This document shows positions 43,401-55,533 of a stretch of 64,000 nt of DNA, piece after piece. The position numbers and the translations under genes were made by a program. The stretch is from Eremomyces bilateralis CBS 781.70 (Eukaryota), in assembly GCA_010015585.1 (NCBI GenBank), contig ML975150.1. One strand, written 5' to 3'. Under the pieces are notes generated by a model. It was not told the origin of the DNA. It made no database searches and was given only the letters and a program-made list of their open reading frames with translations. How positions within the stretch are numbered: the stretch's first letter is position 1; each line of letters begins with the position of its first letter.

Positions 43401-44798
43401 ACGCGAACAGTTGTTGGAGGTCATGCGAGGCTTCTACATCCAACCAGGCGAGCAGGTTCTCGCGGAACTTCCGCTCGATAGCTTCGACCTCGAAGAAGTC
43501 GAGTCTCGCAAACGATACCCGGCATCCGGCCAGCCGCCCTGGAGCAAGTTGAGCATCATTCAAACCATCAAGCCCGATCGTTCCACCTACCTCCGGATCG
43601 TCTTCAACTCGGCGGCGCAAGGATATAGGATTACCCTGACCGACCGCTTCACCAACCAGTCGTCGCAGTTAAAATTTCGCATCGCCACGGACCTTGAGCC
43701 GCGCATCGAGTTCCTTCGCTCCGATCCCCATGATCTCAGCTGCACCATCGAACGGACCGACCCCTCCACCAAAGTCGGCCCGGAATGGAGCCAGCTCCTC
43801 CACGCCACCGAATCCCCCACCATCCGTTCCTACACCTTCTCCACCATGTCCGACCTGCACACCTTGGAATCCATCCTCACTGGATTCACCGTGAAATACG
43901 ACTGGTAAGTCCCCCCACCCACCATCACCCAGGCCTCCAACTCACCCCATATAGCTCCCCTCAATCTTTCACTCTCTCCCGCTCCCGCCGCTCCGCCCTC
44001 TCCCTCACCCGCACCCCCAAATCCTCTTCCACAACCCGCCTCCAAATCCTCGAACAACTCCACTCCCCTACCCACCCACCCCTCACCCTCCTCCTCGCCT
44101 TCTTCGCCTCCTGGCCCCAAGCCCCCTATCTCGCCATCCCCCTCCGCCCCTCCGACGCCTTCGAGCGCCTCGACCCCTCCCGCCTCGCCCTCGCCTCCGC
44201 CACCACCACCTCTGCTTCCGCCCCCGGCAAATTCGCCATCAAGTTCCCCGACGCCAAATTCGGCTTCCCCACCACCCGCTCCAAGCCCCGCAGCCGCGAC
44301 CCCTCCCCCCGCAACAGCGTCGACCACCGCCCGGACACCGCCACTAGTGACGGCTCGCCCGCGCTAGCCGGATCGCTTCTCAGCGCGGGCGGCGGGCGCG
44401 GGAAGCGCGAGAGCGTGCTGCTGGACGGGCTGAGCTCCGCGTGGAAGGAGGGGGGATTCGCTGGGCGGTACGACACGGGGGGAACGGCGGGGCAGGGAGC
44501 CGGGGAGGCGGAGGTGGGGTACGTGAATTTGGCGGATCTGCCGTTCGCGGCCGAGCGGGAGGAGGTGGTGGTGGGGTTTGCAGGGAGTGAGGAGCGGGGA
44601 AGGCTGTGGGCGGCGTTGCCGAGGATGGGGGGGGAGGTGGGGGTTGGGGCAGAGGAAGAGTATGGGGGGAGATATGGAGGGAAGGAGAGGGATAAGGAAA
44701 GGCAGAAGAAGCAGAGTAAGGTGTTGAGGAAGAAAGAGGATGAGGAGGAGGAAGGGAAGGGGAGGCATGGGAGATTCTGGAGACGGGAGAAGGAGTGA
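40476..44798 (+). CDS. Hypothetical protein: disordered Pro-rich N-half, globular C-half
   Basis: ORFs 40476-42782, 42859-43908 and 43785-44798 join via GT-AG introns 42756-42800 and 43905-43953; WLRAAVWWFLRAR..HVDLGKTFWIL helical block. Confidence 0.8.
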
Positions 44799-45121
44799 TG
44801 CTGGCTGGGAAAAGACGCACAATCGCTGCATGAGGACGAATCTGTTGCATTTCAGCGCTGTCCGACGTTTCTTAGTATCCGAGCATCTTTGTCGAGCGCT
44901 TGTTGCGTGCGTGTATCTACGTCGAAATTAGCGGGTCAGCGGGAATCGAAATCCATTCACGTTAGGAATCATCTACCTTCCAGCCTTCATTCCGTCAGTT
45001 ATCCGGTACCTCCAGGCGGGAGAAGCCATCGTCCCGCGTCTTTCTTCCCATACGGTCCTTCTCCTAGCAACGGGTGCGGCGCATCGCTGGAATCGAAGTA
45101 GTGGATATCTACCATGCAGCA

Positions 45122-45319
45122 TTAGTCCTGCTGGACAGTCCTTCTGTATTCGGGGGTTTTACCATTTTCCTTTTGGAGATCCTCCTCGGTCTTGATGCAT
45201 AGTTCGAGTTTCCCTTTGGTACTCGCCGACTCCGTGTAACCGCTTGTGGAAGCTTTGAGCTTGGGTTGCTGGAGGGGGGCTTTGGGGCGGAGAGAGCGGG
45301 AGGCTTTTGGGGAGGCCAT
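45122..45319 (-). CDS. Possible small hypothetical protein or gene fragment
   Basis: 65-aa ORF with a plausible Kozak context (cacaATGG); no motif recognised. Confidence 0.2.
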   Translation of the reverse strand: MASPKASRSLRPKAPLQQPKLKASTSGYTESASTKGKLELCIKTEEDLQKENGKTPEYRRTVQQD

Positions 45320-45725
45320 TGTGGATTCTTGGCGGATTTTATGGGCGATCGAATCTAGACCGCCTTAATATGATCCTACCACTAATATTTCAGATCTTTA
45401 TTAGTAGTTTCATTTGAACTGATATTCCGACTTATTGGTTTGATTCCAGACGATGGTTGGCGCCTTACTGCTTCAAAGTTCAAACAGATACGAAGTATTC
45501 CAGCGGACTACAGCTACATGAAGTGCTAATGACGATCATGAGTTTGCGACTTGACCATAATCACAAATATATTTCTAAGAACAGTTTTGTTGATAACCAG
45601 TCTATCTGAGCGATTATAAAGACTTTGTTACATTTTCGACGTGTTAAATAAAAGTTCAGCATTCTATAATTCAATTGCACCGGTGTTGCTGAGTCTAGCC
45701 TCTACAATTTCCTTCGTTTCTCAGC

Positions 45726-46406
45726 ATGTCACAACCACCATTACGACTCGCTCGTTCCGCACTCCGACACATCTCCAAGTCTCCCCGCTCCATAAACCCC
45801 TCGAGCTCTATACCTATGATCCGATCGTTTTCCTATAGCCACCGATACCTCGAACCAACCTCGTCCACCCGCCCCGAACCCCCTTCACAACCACCCGCGC
45901 GGGACGGACCCCCTCCCACCGACCTCGATAACCTGGACATCCTTAGCAACCTCCCACCCCCCAACACCGCCGTGAGTATCTGCCTCCCCGACGGCTTCGT
46001 CCTCAACGGCGGCGTCCGCGTCGAGAACTCTGGCATCATCCTCGTCGCCGGTGAAGCCTTCCGCTGGTATCCTACGCTCCCCTCCTCCTCCTCCTCCTCC
46101 TCCTCCTCCTCCTCCACCACACCATCACCGACAGCGCTCCCGAAGGACGGAGTCGGGAGGGTGGTGATCCCGGCGGCGGCATTCACGCTGCTCGAGCACG
46201 TGGCGCCGAAGCCGGACCTGCTGTTGCTGGGGACGGGGGAGCGGGTGCAGATGCTGGATCCGGCGACGAAGAACAGCGTGGCGGAGTTGGGGATCCGGTT
46301 GGAGGTGCTGGATACGAGGAATGCGGCGGCGCAGTTTTCGATGTTGGCGACGGAGAGGGGGGGGGATATGGTGGCGGCGATGATGGTGCCGTTGGGGTGG
46401 AAATGA
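45726..46406 (+). CDS. NDUFAF3: NDUFAF3/Mth938-domain complex I assembly factor
   Basis: Presequence; DGFVLNGGV..; PKPDLLLLGTG..LGIRLEVLDTRNAAAQFSMLATERG; (TCC)n poly-Ser at ~46082-46115. Confidence 0.88.
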   Translation: MSQPPLRLARSALRHISKSPRSINPSSSIPMIRSFSYSHRYLEPTSSTRPEPPSQPPARDGPPPTDLDNLDILSNLPPPNTAVSICLPDGFVLNGGVRVENSGIILVAGEAFRWYPTLPSSSSSSSSSSSTTPSPTALPKDGVGRVVIPAAAFTLLEHVAPKPDLLLLGTGERVQMLDPATKNSVAELGIRLEVLDTRNAAAQFSMLATERGGDMVAAMMVPLGWK

Positions 46407-46728
46407 AGGGTGACGGGCCTTGAACATAGGAGGACGAAGCTGGCGGATGCGCTTCTGAATGAAAGTATTGGATGTCACACGCGAGTCGCATTGACGTCCC
46501 CAAGCTGTCCCAAGCTGTGATCCAAGGCCGCTCTACTTGATATGAATCCAGGATGAAGTAGACAGCATGAACATGAAAGAATCACCATTCTATGTATCAG
46601 TACTGGGTATATCCCATATGAACCGAGGATCTAAACTCTGAACCTTTGGCGCCAGGCTTCCTAGATCATGCATCGCGGTACGCATTCCTTCGTTGAAGTG
46701 TCTTTACCAGCCTATCAGACTAGTCGAG

Positions 46729-47504
46729 TTATGTGTTCGGGTCGACTGCCAGCGTTTTCACCCTCTCGATCTCTAGTGAATTGGAATCGATCATCTTGAC
46801 CCCTGCCTGCTCCATCTCCGCCTTCACCTGATCCCACAGATGCGGATCAACCGCCTTCGTTGCGTCGGCAATGACCACCGTTCCAAACCCTTCTTTCGCC
46901 GCGTGCAGGGCGGAGTACTTGACGCAGTAGTCCATCGCTAGACCCGCCACATAGACGTGCGTGATCTCTTTCTCTTTCAGCATCTTCGAGATCCCGCTGC
47001 GGTAAACGGTCGGGTTGACGAATAGATCGGCGAAGACGGAGTACATCTCGACACGTTCGTCTTGACCCTTCTCAATGATCTCGTCGAGTTTGGTTTGGTC
47101 AAGTTCTGGGGCTAGTTCGGCACCGGGGGTCCTTTGGACACAGTGGTCGGGCCATAACCTCGTCGCTGCCGACTCGGCGGGATTGAGGGGGTTTGTGATG
47201 GTAAAGAAGGATTCAAACGGCTTGTTGTTTGGATGGGGGTGATTTGATGCAAATGAGACGTGGTTTTTAGGATGCCAGTCCTTCGTAGCGATCTTCAATG
47301 TGAAGGGGAGATCCAATAATCTGTTAAGAACCGGGGCGATATCTCGCCCCCCTTTGACCGCGAGGGAGCCATTCTTGATGGAACATTTGGTTAGTACAAG
47401 TTATATTTAAGTTGACATGGCTCGGCGCTTACCGGCGGGCAGAAGTCCTCTTGAAAGTCGACTATCAGGAGAGCCGGATTGAACTTCGGTGGTTGACTCC
47501 CCAT
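46729..47504 (-). CDS. PNC1: Nicotinamidase/pyrazinamidase (isochorismatase family)
   Basis: ALLIVDFQEDFCPP|NGSLAV..TKDWHP..HVSFASNH..LWPDHCVQ..KG..YSVF..GLAMDYCVK; intron 47432-47374. Confidence 0.93.
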
Positions 47505-48300
47505 CGTGATCGCGGGCCTGAACATTGGCCTCCAAATGCTTAAGAAGAAATCGACCCCGATGATGTCTCAACTAACATTTGGGTAGCAAAGCAACTTATA
47601 GCGAAGGAGAAGTATTATAATTGCACAGCCCGAATATGCTCTTCACCGCAGGAAATGGGGAGTTGTGATTGGGCCACAGGACTTGAGACTTCCGTATCAG
47701 CTGTTCTGAGGCCCAAATTGGATAACGGTGTGTTGCTTAGCCTTGAGGTCACAATTGGCGGTGCTGAGAGTATGACACACCGCATTGATTGAACTAATTA
47801 CAAGGTGGTCAAGAGTATATAATATCTGAATCAGGCAAACACAGCTCCGGATTGTGTTGGCGTTTGGCAACTAGTGTGTCATCATTGGCTTCCTATGGGC
47901 TGTGGATGCGGCTGCCTGGAATGCCTGAGGCAGAGACGGCTGCCCCCTGCAAGGATGCGGGCAGTGTGGCGTTTGTGGCTCAAAGCACAAGACAGGAACG
48001 GCAGGAACGCAGCCAGTCAGGTTACAGGACAGGAGTTCGCACGTGCAGTCAATCAGGTGACTAACTGACTATCTCTTAGCACATGCACAGACCATTTCCC
48101 CCAGAATATCCCCAGATGTCGATTTTCCACCGACGACAACATGCGCAAACGGTTCATGATCATCAAATATTTCTGATCACGTCCCTCGAGGACCCTCTCA
48201 ACTAGCGGGCGGCATCATTTCACTGTGAAATAATTAAAAAATATATGTTTCAGGAGCAGTATACTGAACGAACGGCTTAATCCGCCCGGAGAACGCCATC

Positions 48301-51076
48301 ATGGAGAATCCCGCAAACGCGACTGCAGACGGCAATGCCCGTACTCCTCAGAATCCCGCGCAATCGCCTTCGTCAGCAGCAAACCGTCGCCGTCCTGCAC
48401 CTCAGGACTTTGGAGAACCCATTCGAAAAAAGTTGCACGCGTCTAGTCGCACTGGGCAAGCATGCGATCGTTGCAAGGTGAGTCGATTCGCATTGATTCA
48501 TTTTTTAACGGTTCGAAATCGCGGGCAAAAGGAGATCTGAGGATACCCCTGAACCCCTGCGTATGAGATCTTGTGCAACATTACATATGTGTTTCAAAAT
48601 AAAGTCGCTACGCGGTTCTATTCATTAACAAATTACTAGATCCGCAAGATGCGGTGCGACCCGAACACCTCGGGTTGCCAGAACTGCCTAGATGTAGGAA
48701 CCCAGTGTCTGACCACAGATCGGATTACTGGTCGCGCCTGGATCCGGGGCATCGGCGACAAACTGGAAGAGGAGAACCGTATCCTCAAGTCTCGCATTGT
48801 CCAATATGAAACCCGGCTACGGGATTTGGGGGAGGACGTTCCTCCACTCATGATTGACATTGGTCATCCTGTACTCGCTGCGCTTCCAAGTCAACCAACA
48901 ACCACCCTTGGTGCGCCAACCTCGGACTGGTCTTCTAACCCTCAAGGGGATCCGCTTGCAAGCGGGTCATACCCACATCCTAGTTTCGACACCAGCGTTC
49001 TCCCGGCGTTGAAGCAAGGCAAAGGGAACAACTACTTTGGTGTCACCTCCTCCTCAACTCTCAGCACCATCAAGGGGACTTCATTGTCCTTCTTTAGCAT
49101 TGAGGTAGACATTGCAGACTTTATCCAAGACGATCCGGTTGAGCAGTCGTATGATTTCTTCCTGAAGGGAGTATTTGGTCTGGAAAAGCACGAAAAGCCA
49201 CAGATGATATCCGTTGAGTCATCACGAATGTGTGCGGAAGGATTCTTTCGTGCAGTCAACCCATTCGCTCCTATCCTTCATAAACCGGACTTCATGAGAC
49301 TTGTAAGTTGAGCTCTGATCCTAAATCCGCGGTCACTGACATATCTTCCAGCTCGATCGTATCCACTCGGACGAGAATGTGGAGCTGAAACCATCGGAAA
49401 TCGTTTCGTATCATATGATGATCGCGAGCCTGAAGTTCCAGCAATCACTTCGAAATGGAGACAAAAACGACTTGAAGGAATCTCACGCCCACTATGCCTA
49501 TTCTTTAGGGTTTGTGAGCCAGCTCGTTGGGGCCACAGAGATCTCCGGCGTGGCAGCCTTATGTATGATCTGCTTCTACCTTCGCAATCTACCTAAACCC
49601 GGGCCTGCCTGGTTAATGGCGAATTGGACATACTCTATTGCTATTGAACTGGGTGTTCATCGATCTGCGAAAGCTTGGGGCGAGTGCGAGCGCAAACTTG
49701 ACTCGAATGAGATCGAGATGGGCAAGAGGGTATGGTGGTCACTCTACGCTCTGCTTGTCGCCCTCAGTGGAAGGTTGGGACGACCGATGCCGCTCCGTGA
49801 CGAGGACTTTGACTGCGAGATCCCTGAGCCGCTGCACGACAATCTCCCCAACGAAGATCTTCCAGAAGATCGAAAATGCTCATTCCGCGTTGGCATTGTC
49901 ACTTTCAAGATCGCTTCGCTCATGGCCAAGGTTTTCACCACCATTTATGCATTGCGTCCGCCAAACTATAACTACGAGCAGACCGTACTTGCCCTAGAAA
50001 TGGAACTAGACCGGATCAAGAACGAACTTCATCCAACCCTGCACCCAGACAAGGCTGTCGAGGAAGATCGTGTCTTCGCTACTTATTGTCAATTATGGGA
50101 TGCCGAGACCCGGCTCTTGATTCGCCATCCGGCCCGATGCGCGTCCATGGATTCCAAATACATTACGAACAACCTTCAAGTTTGCCTCACTACCGCTAAT
50201 ACTTTGCTGGATGTCATATGGACCATGCATGAGTTGAGGAGTTTAGACGTTGTCTGGATTGCCGTCACCTCCTATCTTTCGGGATTGTTCACGGCCTTGT
50301 TCGTGTACAGCCAACGGACCGAAGATATCCGTAATGACGAGTACGACCAACTTCGGAGCAACATGGAACGGTGGTTATACATGGTCGGCGAGATTGGAAA
50401 GATGCTCGAAAAGGTCCACCCCAACAAGACCGAAGGGACATATCCCCCCATGAGAATCCCCCCCGTCGAAACATCGGCCGAGAAGCTGCAGAAAACGATC
50501 AAGGGAATCATCCATGGTATCCTCAAGCAGATTCACGACCGCTTCAACAACAAGCACCAGCTCGAAGTCATCGCTCGGGACGCGCAAACACAGGCGCAGG
50601 CAGAGGCAGAAGCTGCACGGACAGATGCCCAACTCCCTACCGAAAACAACTCCGCAACGGGTACTAAATATGTCCCCTCAGCGGCACCATACACCCCTTA
50701 CCCCGACCCTAGCGTCAGTCTCGGCGTCTCCTCCGCCGGCTACCCCTCCACCACCACCAACTACCCCATCTCCCCTTACCAAAATCCCGCCCCACCAGTC
50801 GACACCGCTCCTCCCCCACCTCCCAACGGCCCCCCGCAAATGTCTCTCGCCGAAGCGCTCGGGTCCTATACCTCCGGGGCGAATGGCCCACCGAATAACA
50901 TGGGGTCCGCGATGTGGGACAACTTCACTAACACGGCGTTCGCTCCGAACATGGGGAACGAGTACCTATCCTCAGCGAACGCCCTGATGAACTTGGGGGC
51001 GAGGCAGATGCCGAACGGGACCACGGGGCCCACAGGCCCCACGTGGCCACAGAATGTGTACCGGCACGACGAGTGA
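48301..51076 (+). CDS. Zn(II)2Cys6 transcription factor with fungal-specific TF (middle homology) domain
   Basis: RTGQACDRCK|IRKMRCDPNTSGCQNCLDVGTQC; AIELGVHR..KRVWWSLY..LSGRLGRP; introns 48478-48639 and 49303-49350. Confidence 0.92.
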
Positions 51077-51750
51077 ATTGCAAGCGGCTGTCGCCGGTTG
51101 CAATAGGTCATAGAGCAGATCTCTGGCATGCAGGTGGATATGTGTGTAGATTTCCGGGCGTGGTTCGTTTTTCTTTCACCAGCATCGGCGCTGGAGGTTG
51201 TCTTTGAGCGATTTGTACTAGGAATGGCGTGGGGAAGGGTTTCTATTTATTGTGAGATGAAGATACCGTACTGGTGAGGCAGCTGAGCGCATTGCCGAAG
51301 GGTCCAATCCATTGGATACGCTTCTATTGAGGCTTACCTTACACTGTTGTAGAATTACAACCACGGCGGTAACTAAGCAACGGGCATCATGGTTCTTGCT
51401 ACGGGTGGACAGGTTCGGAGTTATAAAACGCATATTGTTCACTGCTCGCATGGGAGGATGCCGATGAATATCTAGATTCATTCAAAAAAGTGTACAATCG
51501 AAGTAAAAATAAGAAACAATCCCACTCGTACGTAACCTTTTGCGTTCGCCGCCAACCGGGCACAAATTACGATTATCTTCCGTCCGGTAAGTTCCAAATT
51601 CTGCCGTTTCCCAATGTTTCGCCGTCGCTACCATTTCCAATCGCTACCGTTTCCAATCATCAACGGATGTCCAGGGCGCTCGCTTCATGTGCCTTGCCAT
51701 CCGACCGTCTATGCGTCCAATACGCAAGACAGCGTCTGGTTCTCCAACGC

Positions 51751-54700
51751 TCACCTCCTGATCACCTCCGCCTGCTCGCCTTGGATGTTGCTCTGCGACG
51801 TCCGCATCCCCTCTCCCACTCGATGCGCCACCGTGCCGGTGCTCATCGGTCGCTCACCACTCCCTTCTGCCGGCACCTCGCCCTGCTTTCCAGATCCCGG
51901 TATCCCGCCCATCCCCTCTAGCCCACTCCGATCGGATACCGGGCTAATGCTCGTGCTCAGAATGCTGGTTTCCTCACTGTTGCCGGAAAACGGCATGCGC
52001 GTGGTCTGGCCCGGCCGGAGGTAGTGCTCGACGGGAGTTTTGTTAAAGGAGAATGCGGAGATGTCGTTCCGGTTCGGGACGTCCGTCTTCGCGCGCGGGT
52101 CGTCGTCGGATGGGGCGGTTTCGACGGAACGGCGGTAGTATTCACTCGGCGTCTTCGTTCCGCTGAAGTTACTGTAGGCTGACACATTGTACCGATCGCG
52201 ATCAGGGTCTTCGGTCTTGGCGCGTGGATCGAGGTTATCGGCATGGAAGGATTGTAAGGGAGCTTGAGCGTGGGCGGGGGGCATGGGTTGCGAATAAATC
52301 GAGCTGTCCTGGTACGGCGAGAGGGTCGGGTGTGTTCGACCGGAGTCAGCGGATCCCGGATGCCGGGATGAGCGGCGAGGCACGGTAGGTCCGGATTGCG
52401 CACCGATGACGCTGGATGAGAAGACGGGCATTGGAGGCGGCGGGGAGCTGGAGCGGACACCGTATGGCTGCGCAGCTGCGCTGGTCTTACTGGGTGCTCG
52501 ACTAGGCATATGTAATGAAGAGCCGGAACTGATTGGGGCGAGAATAGGAGGTTGCGAAGAGTTCGCGCCTTGGTAAGGACGCGGTGGCATGCTCGCATTA
52601 AACGCATCATCGTCCCTAGAGACACGCGGAGAGTCGTAATCGGAATAAGAGTGCATGCTTCTCGCTGCGCCGGCCGTGGCATCCAGCTCATCCCCGCCTC
52701 TCGGCGCTTCGTCCGTGCTATCAAGCGTCATTGTCCTCCTTCGTTGGGTTGGAGTCCCAGCTTCCAGATCCGGATCATCCCGATAGCGCACCTGCGCCTC
52801 ATCCTCCTCGTCCAGGTTCATCATCGCGATAGCAGCAGGTTTACTCCGTACAACCTCGAAGCCTTTGTGCTTAGGTTTGCTCCATGGCCATGTTTGTCCT
52901 CCGCTAGTACCACCCATCCCAACGAGTCCCCTGAACCAGCCGGCCGCACTGCTAGCCGGACTGGTCGGATCAGCCGGACCGGTCTTCAATCTTCGGGTTG
53001 GCGTAGATGACAAGGCCGGGCCACGCTGTACGCCATAGTAGAAGTCCGCCTCGCGGATCGCATAATCGGTAGTACGACGCTGATCGCCTGCGATACTCGG
53101 CTCCTGCATGTATCCTTGGGATACTATCGAATTTCGACGTCCTAGTGTATTTCCCCCTGGGCCACTTGGTGAGAAGGATATGGAGGTGGAAGAGTGTAGA
53201 TCACCCGTGGATGAGTCGTCGCGAGCCATTGCAAGTGAGAATTCATCTTGCTGACGGATGGAACCGTCCGCAGATGTTCCTGACTCGCGCTGAGTGGGCG
53301 TTTGAGGCGACTTCGATGAGCCCGCCACGGGGCTAATTTCAAGTGTAGGGCGACGGGCTCGCGGAGGGCGATAATACGGATCAACGTGTTCACCCGATGG
53401 CTTCCCACCGCTGCTTACAGTCGGTCGCCGGGCTCCAGCCACTGCCGCCACGGATGGTGCTGAGCTGCCCGCGATGAAGTTGAAGGGGCTCTGCGCCCCA
53501 CCGGGAGTAATATCGCCTTGACTGGATCGATCAACAGTGAGATGCTGCTGCAAGAGGACGCCAGAGCTAGCAGAGAGGCTACGAGAGCGAGCGTCCATCG
53601 CAGATTTCGGTTCGTGTTCTGAAGCTAACATCGCTGCATCGGACTGCTCGGAGCGACGCACTTGCTTACGATGGCGCTTAGAAAGCTGCCGCATACCGAA
53701 GACCTTGGAAAGGCCACCACGCTCGTCGCGTCCTGCTCCAAGGAGGCGGGCAAATACTTCGATAAGAGTCTGCAGAGCATTGAGGAAGAACCCGAAGGCA
53801 AGCACGATGGCATGTAGGAGGAGGATTACATAGCCAATCCATCCCTTCACCCCTTCCGAAACGTCGAGAGTTGGAACGAATGCGACGCTTAGGAGGATAG
53901 CAGAAAGTCGGAAGACGGAGAAGAAGGTATGGTAGGCCGTCATGGAAGTCGGAGATTGGAAGGGACGAAAAGCATGCAATGTCAAGAGGAATATGACCTC
54001 GCATATAGCAAGGACGACAATTTGGGCGATACCAGAGGGTTGGATCGCGCCAATTGCAATGCCCCGAATGCTGTTGAGAACGACCGGGATGAATGCAAAA
54101 GGAGCGGCTTCGTCGGAGTAGGTGTTGTACAATGGTCCATAAAGTAGCAGCGTAGGGAGATGGTCAAAAAGCTGAACGCGCGGCCGGGTCGCGAAGATGA
54201 GGCGGAAAATCCAGATCGCAGATATAACAACAAGGACCAGAAGGACCACGGCCATGGCGGTGACTGCAGCTTGAGAATGTGGTGCAACGACGAGCTGGAA
54301 AAGCGTAAGGGAGACAATCGGGAGGAAGAAGAAATTGAACACCACTCGGACCATGTTCCCCAGGGTGAACGGGAGGTTCTTGCTCTGCCGATCGACATCC
54401 TGCGAGCCCCTCCACCGGGCATGGAGCGACCGGATCAAGAATCCCAGTTGGCAAAGGAGGATCACCGCTCCAAGAATCACGGCAAACCAGATGGCCATGC
54501 TCGTCCAGATGTCCTCATCTTCGCTGACGCCGACGACCTGTCCCAAAGCAGAGAGGCCGAACGTTGCGTTCACCACATACACATCGTCTACTAAACTCTG
54601 CGCCCCCGGGCCATTGCTTGCGAAGCTCCGATTGAAAACCAACGCCGACCACGAAGCCTTGCTGATCACCGGCTGGAAGAACCCAGGATAGTTCAGGGTT

Positions 54701-55533
54701 AAGCTGCCTGCAAGCACGATGAACTGGATGTACTGTAGACAATCGCCAAAGCCCGGAGTAACCAGCCTCAGCACATCGCCGTCTCGTCCGTAGTTGCTGG
54801 TCCAATGAAACGGGTCGGGCGAGCTCCATGGACTAAAGCATGCTGCCGTCACCGTCGAAATGGCCATGAGTACTAGAATCGCTGCCGGTACATATGTGAG
54901 CGTATCAGAGATCGTTCGTCCCAGTGAAGGTGTAACATTGGCGGTGACACAAGCCAAAGACGGAGCGCCCAGATCACCCGACTGAACCCAAATTCGAGTG
55001 CTAAAGGTCGAAAATGCGTACGTCGAGAAGAATTTATGGGAGACCGAGAACGACGGGAGTTCGTGGGGATTTGATCCGTTCTGGAAGAACGCAGGAGCAA
55101 TAGGGCATGCCTCGTCCCGAACATAATCGCAAAACGGTGCCGGGTGGGACACCCAAGGCGTAAAGGTCAACACCTTCGCCTCGGAAAAGATGGTGGAATA
55201 GTAGTTGTTCGTTTCCGAGACGTTGAGGATCTTCCCCGCCGGGCTGCCCGGATCCTTCCACGCGGGGTCCGTCGGCGGAGGCAGCTCCCCAACGTATGCT
55301 TGGCCGGTGACGTTCCCATACACGGTCAGGTCGAGGGAGTTCTCGTCGTTGGTGGCGTTGAAAGTTGCGGAGAAGAAATGGGGAACGAATTGAAGTGGTT
55401 TGGGGTCTCCACTGCTGATCATCCCTGGCGGGAGGCAGTTCTCGAAGGCGAGGAAGGCAGCGTTGGTGCGCGGGATCGCTGTCGAGAGGATCGATAATGC
55501 TATCACCAGCATGAAGTGCCATCGTAGAGGCAT
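51751..55533 (-). CDS. TRP-like channel / Flc-Pkd2 family membrane protein (ML-like N-domain plus TM domain, long disordered tail)
   Basis: Signal peptide ..AAFLAFENCL; LACVTANVTP; LRLVTPGFGDCLQYIQFIVLAGSLTLNYPGFFQP; LLLYGPLYNTY; many TM helices; start could be upstream (ORF open to 55866). Confidence 0.88.
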   Translation of the reverse strand: MPLRWHFMLVIALSILSTAIPRTNAAFLAFENCLPPGMISSGDPKPLQFVPHFFSATFNATNDENSLDLTVYGNVTGQAYVGELPPPTDPAWKDPGSPAGKILNVSETNNYYSTIFSEAKVLTFTPWVSHPAPFCDYVRDEACPIAPAFFQNGSNPHELPSFSVSHKFFSTYAFSTFSTRIWVQSGDLGAPSLACVTANVTPSLGRTISDTLTYVPAAILVLMAISTVTAACFSPWSSPDPFHWTSNYGRDGDVLRLVTPGFGDCLQYIQFIVLAGSLTLNYPGFFQPVISKASWSALVFNRSFASNGPGAQSLVDDVYVVNATFGLSALGQVVGVSEDEDIWTSMAIWFAVILGAVILLCQLGFLIRSLHARWRGSQDVDRQSKNLPFTLGNMVRVVFNFFFLPIVSLTLFQLVVAPHSQAAVTAMAVVLLVLVVISAIWIFRLIFATRPRVQLFDHLPTLLLYGPLYNTYSDEAAPFAFIPVVLNSIRGIAIGAIQPSGIAQIVVLAICEVIFLLTLHAFRPFQSPTSMTAYHTFFSVFRLSAILLSVAFVPTLDVSEGVKGWIGYVILLLHAIVLAFGFFLNALQTLIEVFARLLGAGRDERGGLSKVFGMRQLSKRHRKQVRRSEQSDAAMLASEHEPKSAMDARSRSLSASSGVLLQQHLTVDRSSQGDITPGGAQSPFNFIAGSSAPSVAAVAGARRPTVSSGGKPSGEHVDPYYRPPRARRPTLEISPVAGSSKSPQTPTQRESGTSADGSIRQQDEFSLAMARDDSSTGDLHSSTSISFSPSGPGGNTLGRRNSIVSQGYMQEPSIAGDQRRTTDYAIREADFYYGVQRGPALSSTPTRRLKTGPADPTSPASSAAGWFRGLVGMGGTSGGQTWPWSKPKHKGFEVVRSKPAAIAMMNLDEEDEAQVRYRDDPDLEAGTPTQRRRTMTLDSTDEAPRGGDELDATAGAARSMHSYSDYDSPRVSRDDDAFNASMPPRPYQGANSSQPPILAPISSGSSLHMPSRAPSKTSAAAQPYGVRSSSPPPPMPVFSSSVIGAQSGPTVPRRSSRHPGSADSGRTHPTLSPYQDSSIYSQPMPPAHAQAPLQSFHADNLDPRAKTEDPDRDRYNVSAYSNFSGTKTPSEYYRRSVETAPSDDDPRAKTDVPNRNDISAFSFNKTPVEHYLRPGQTTRMPFSGNSEETSILSTSISPVSDRSGLEGMGGIPGSGKQGEVPAEGSGERPMSTGTVAHRVGEGMRTSQSNIQGEQAEVIRR

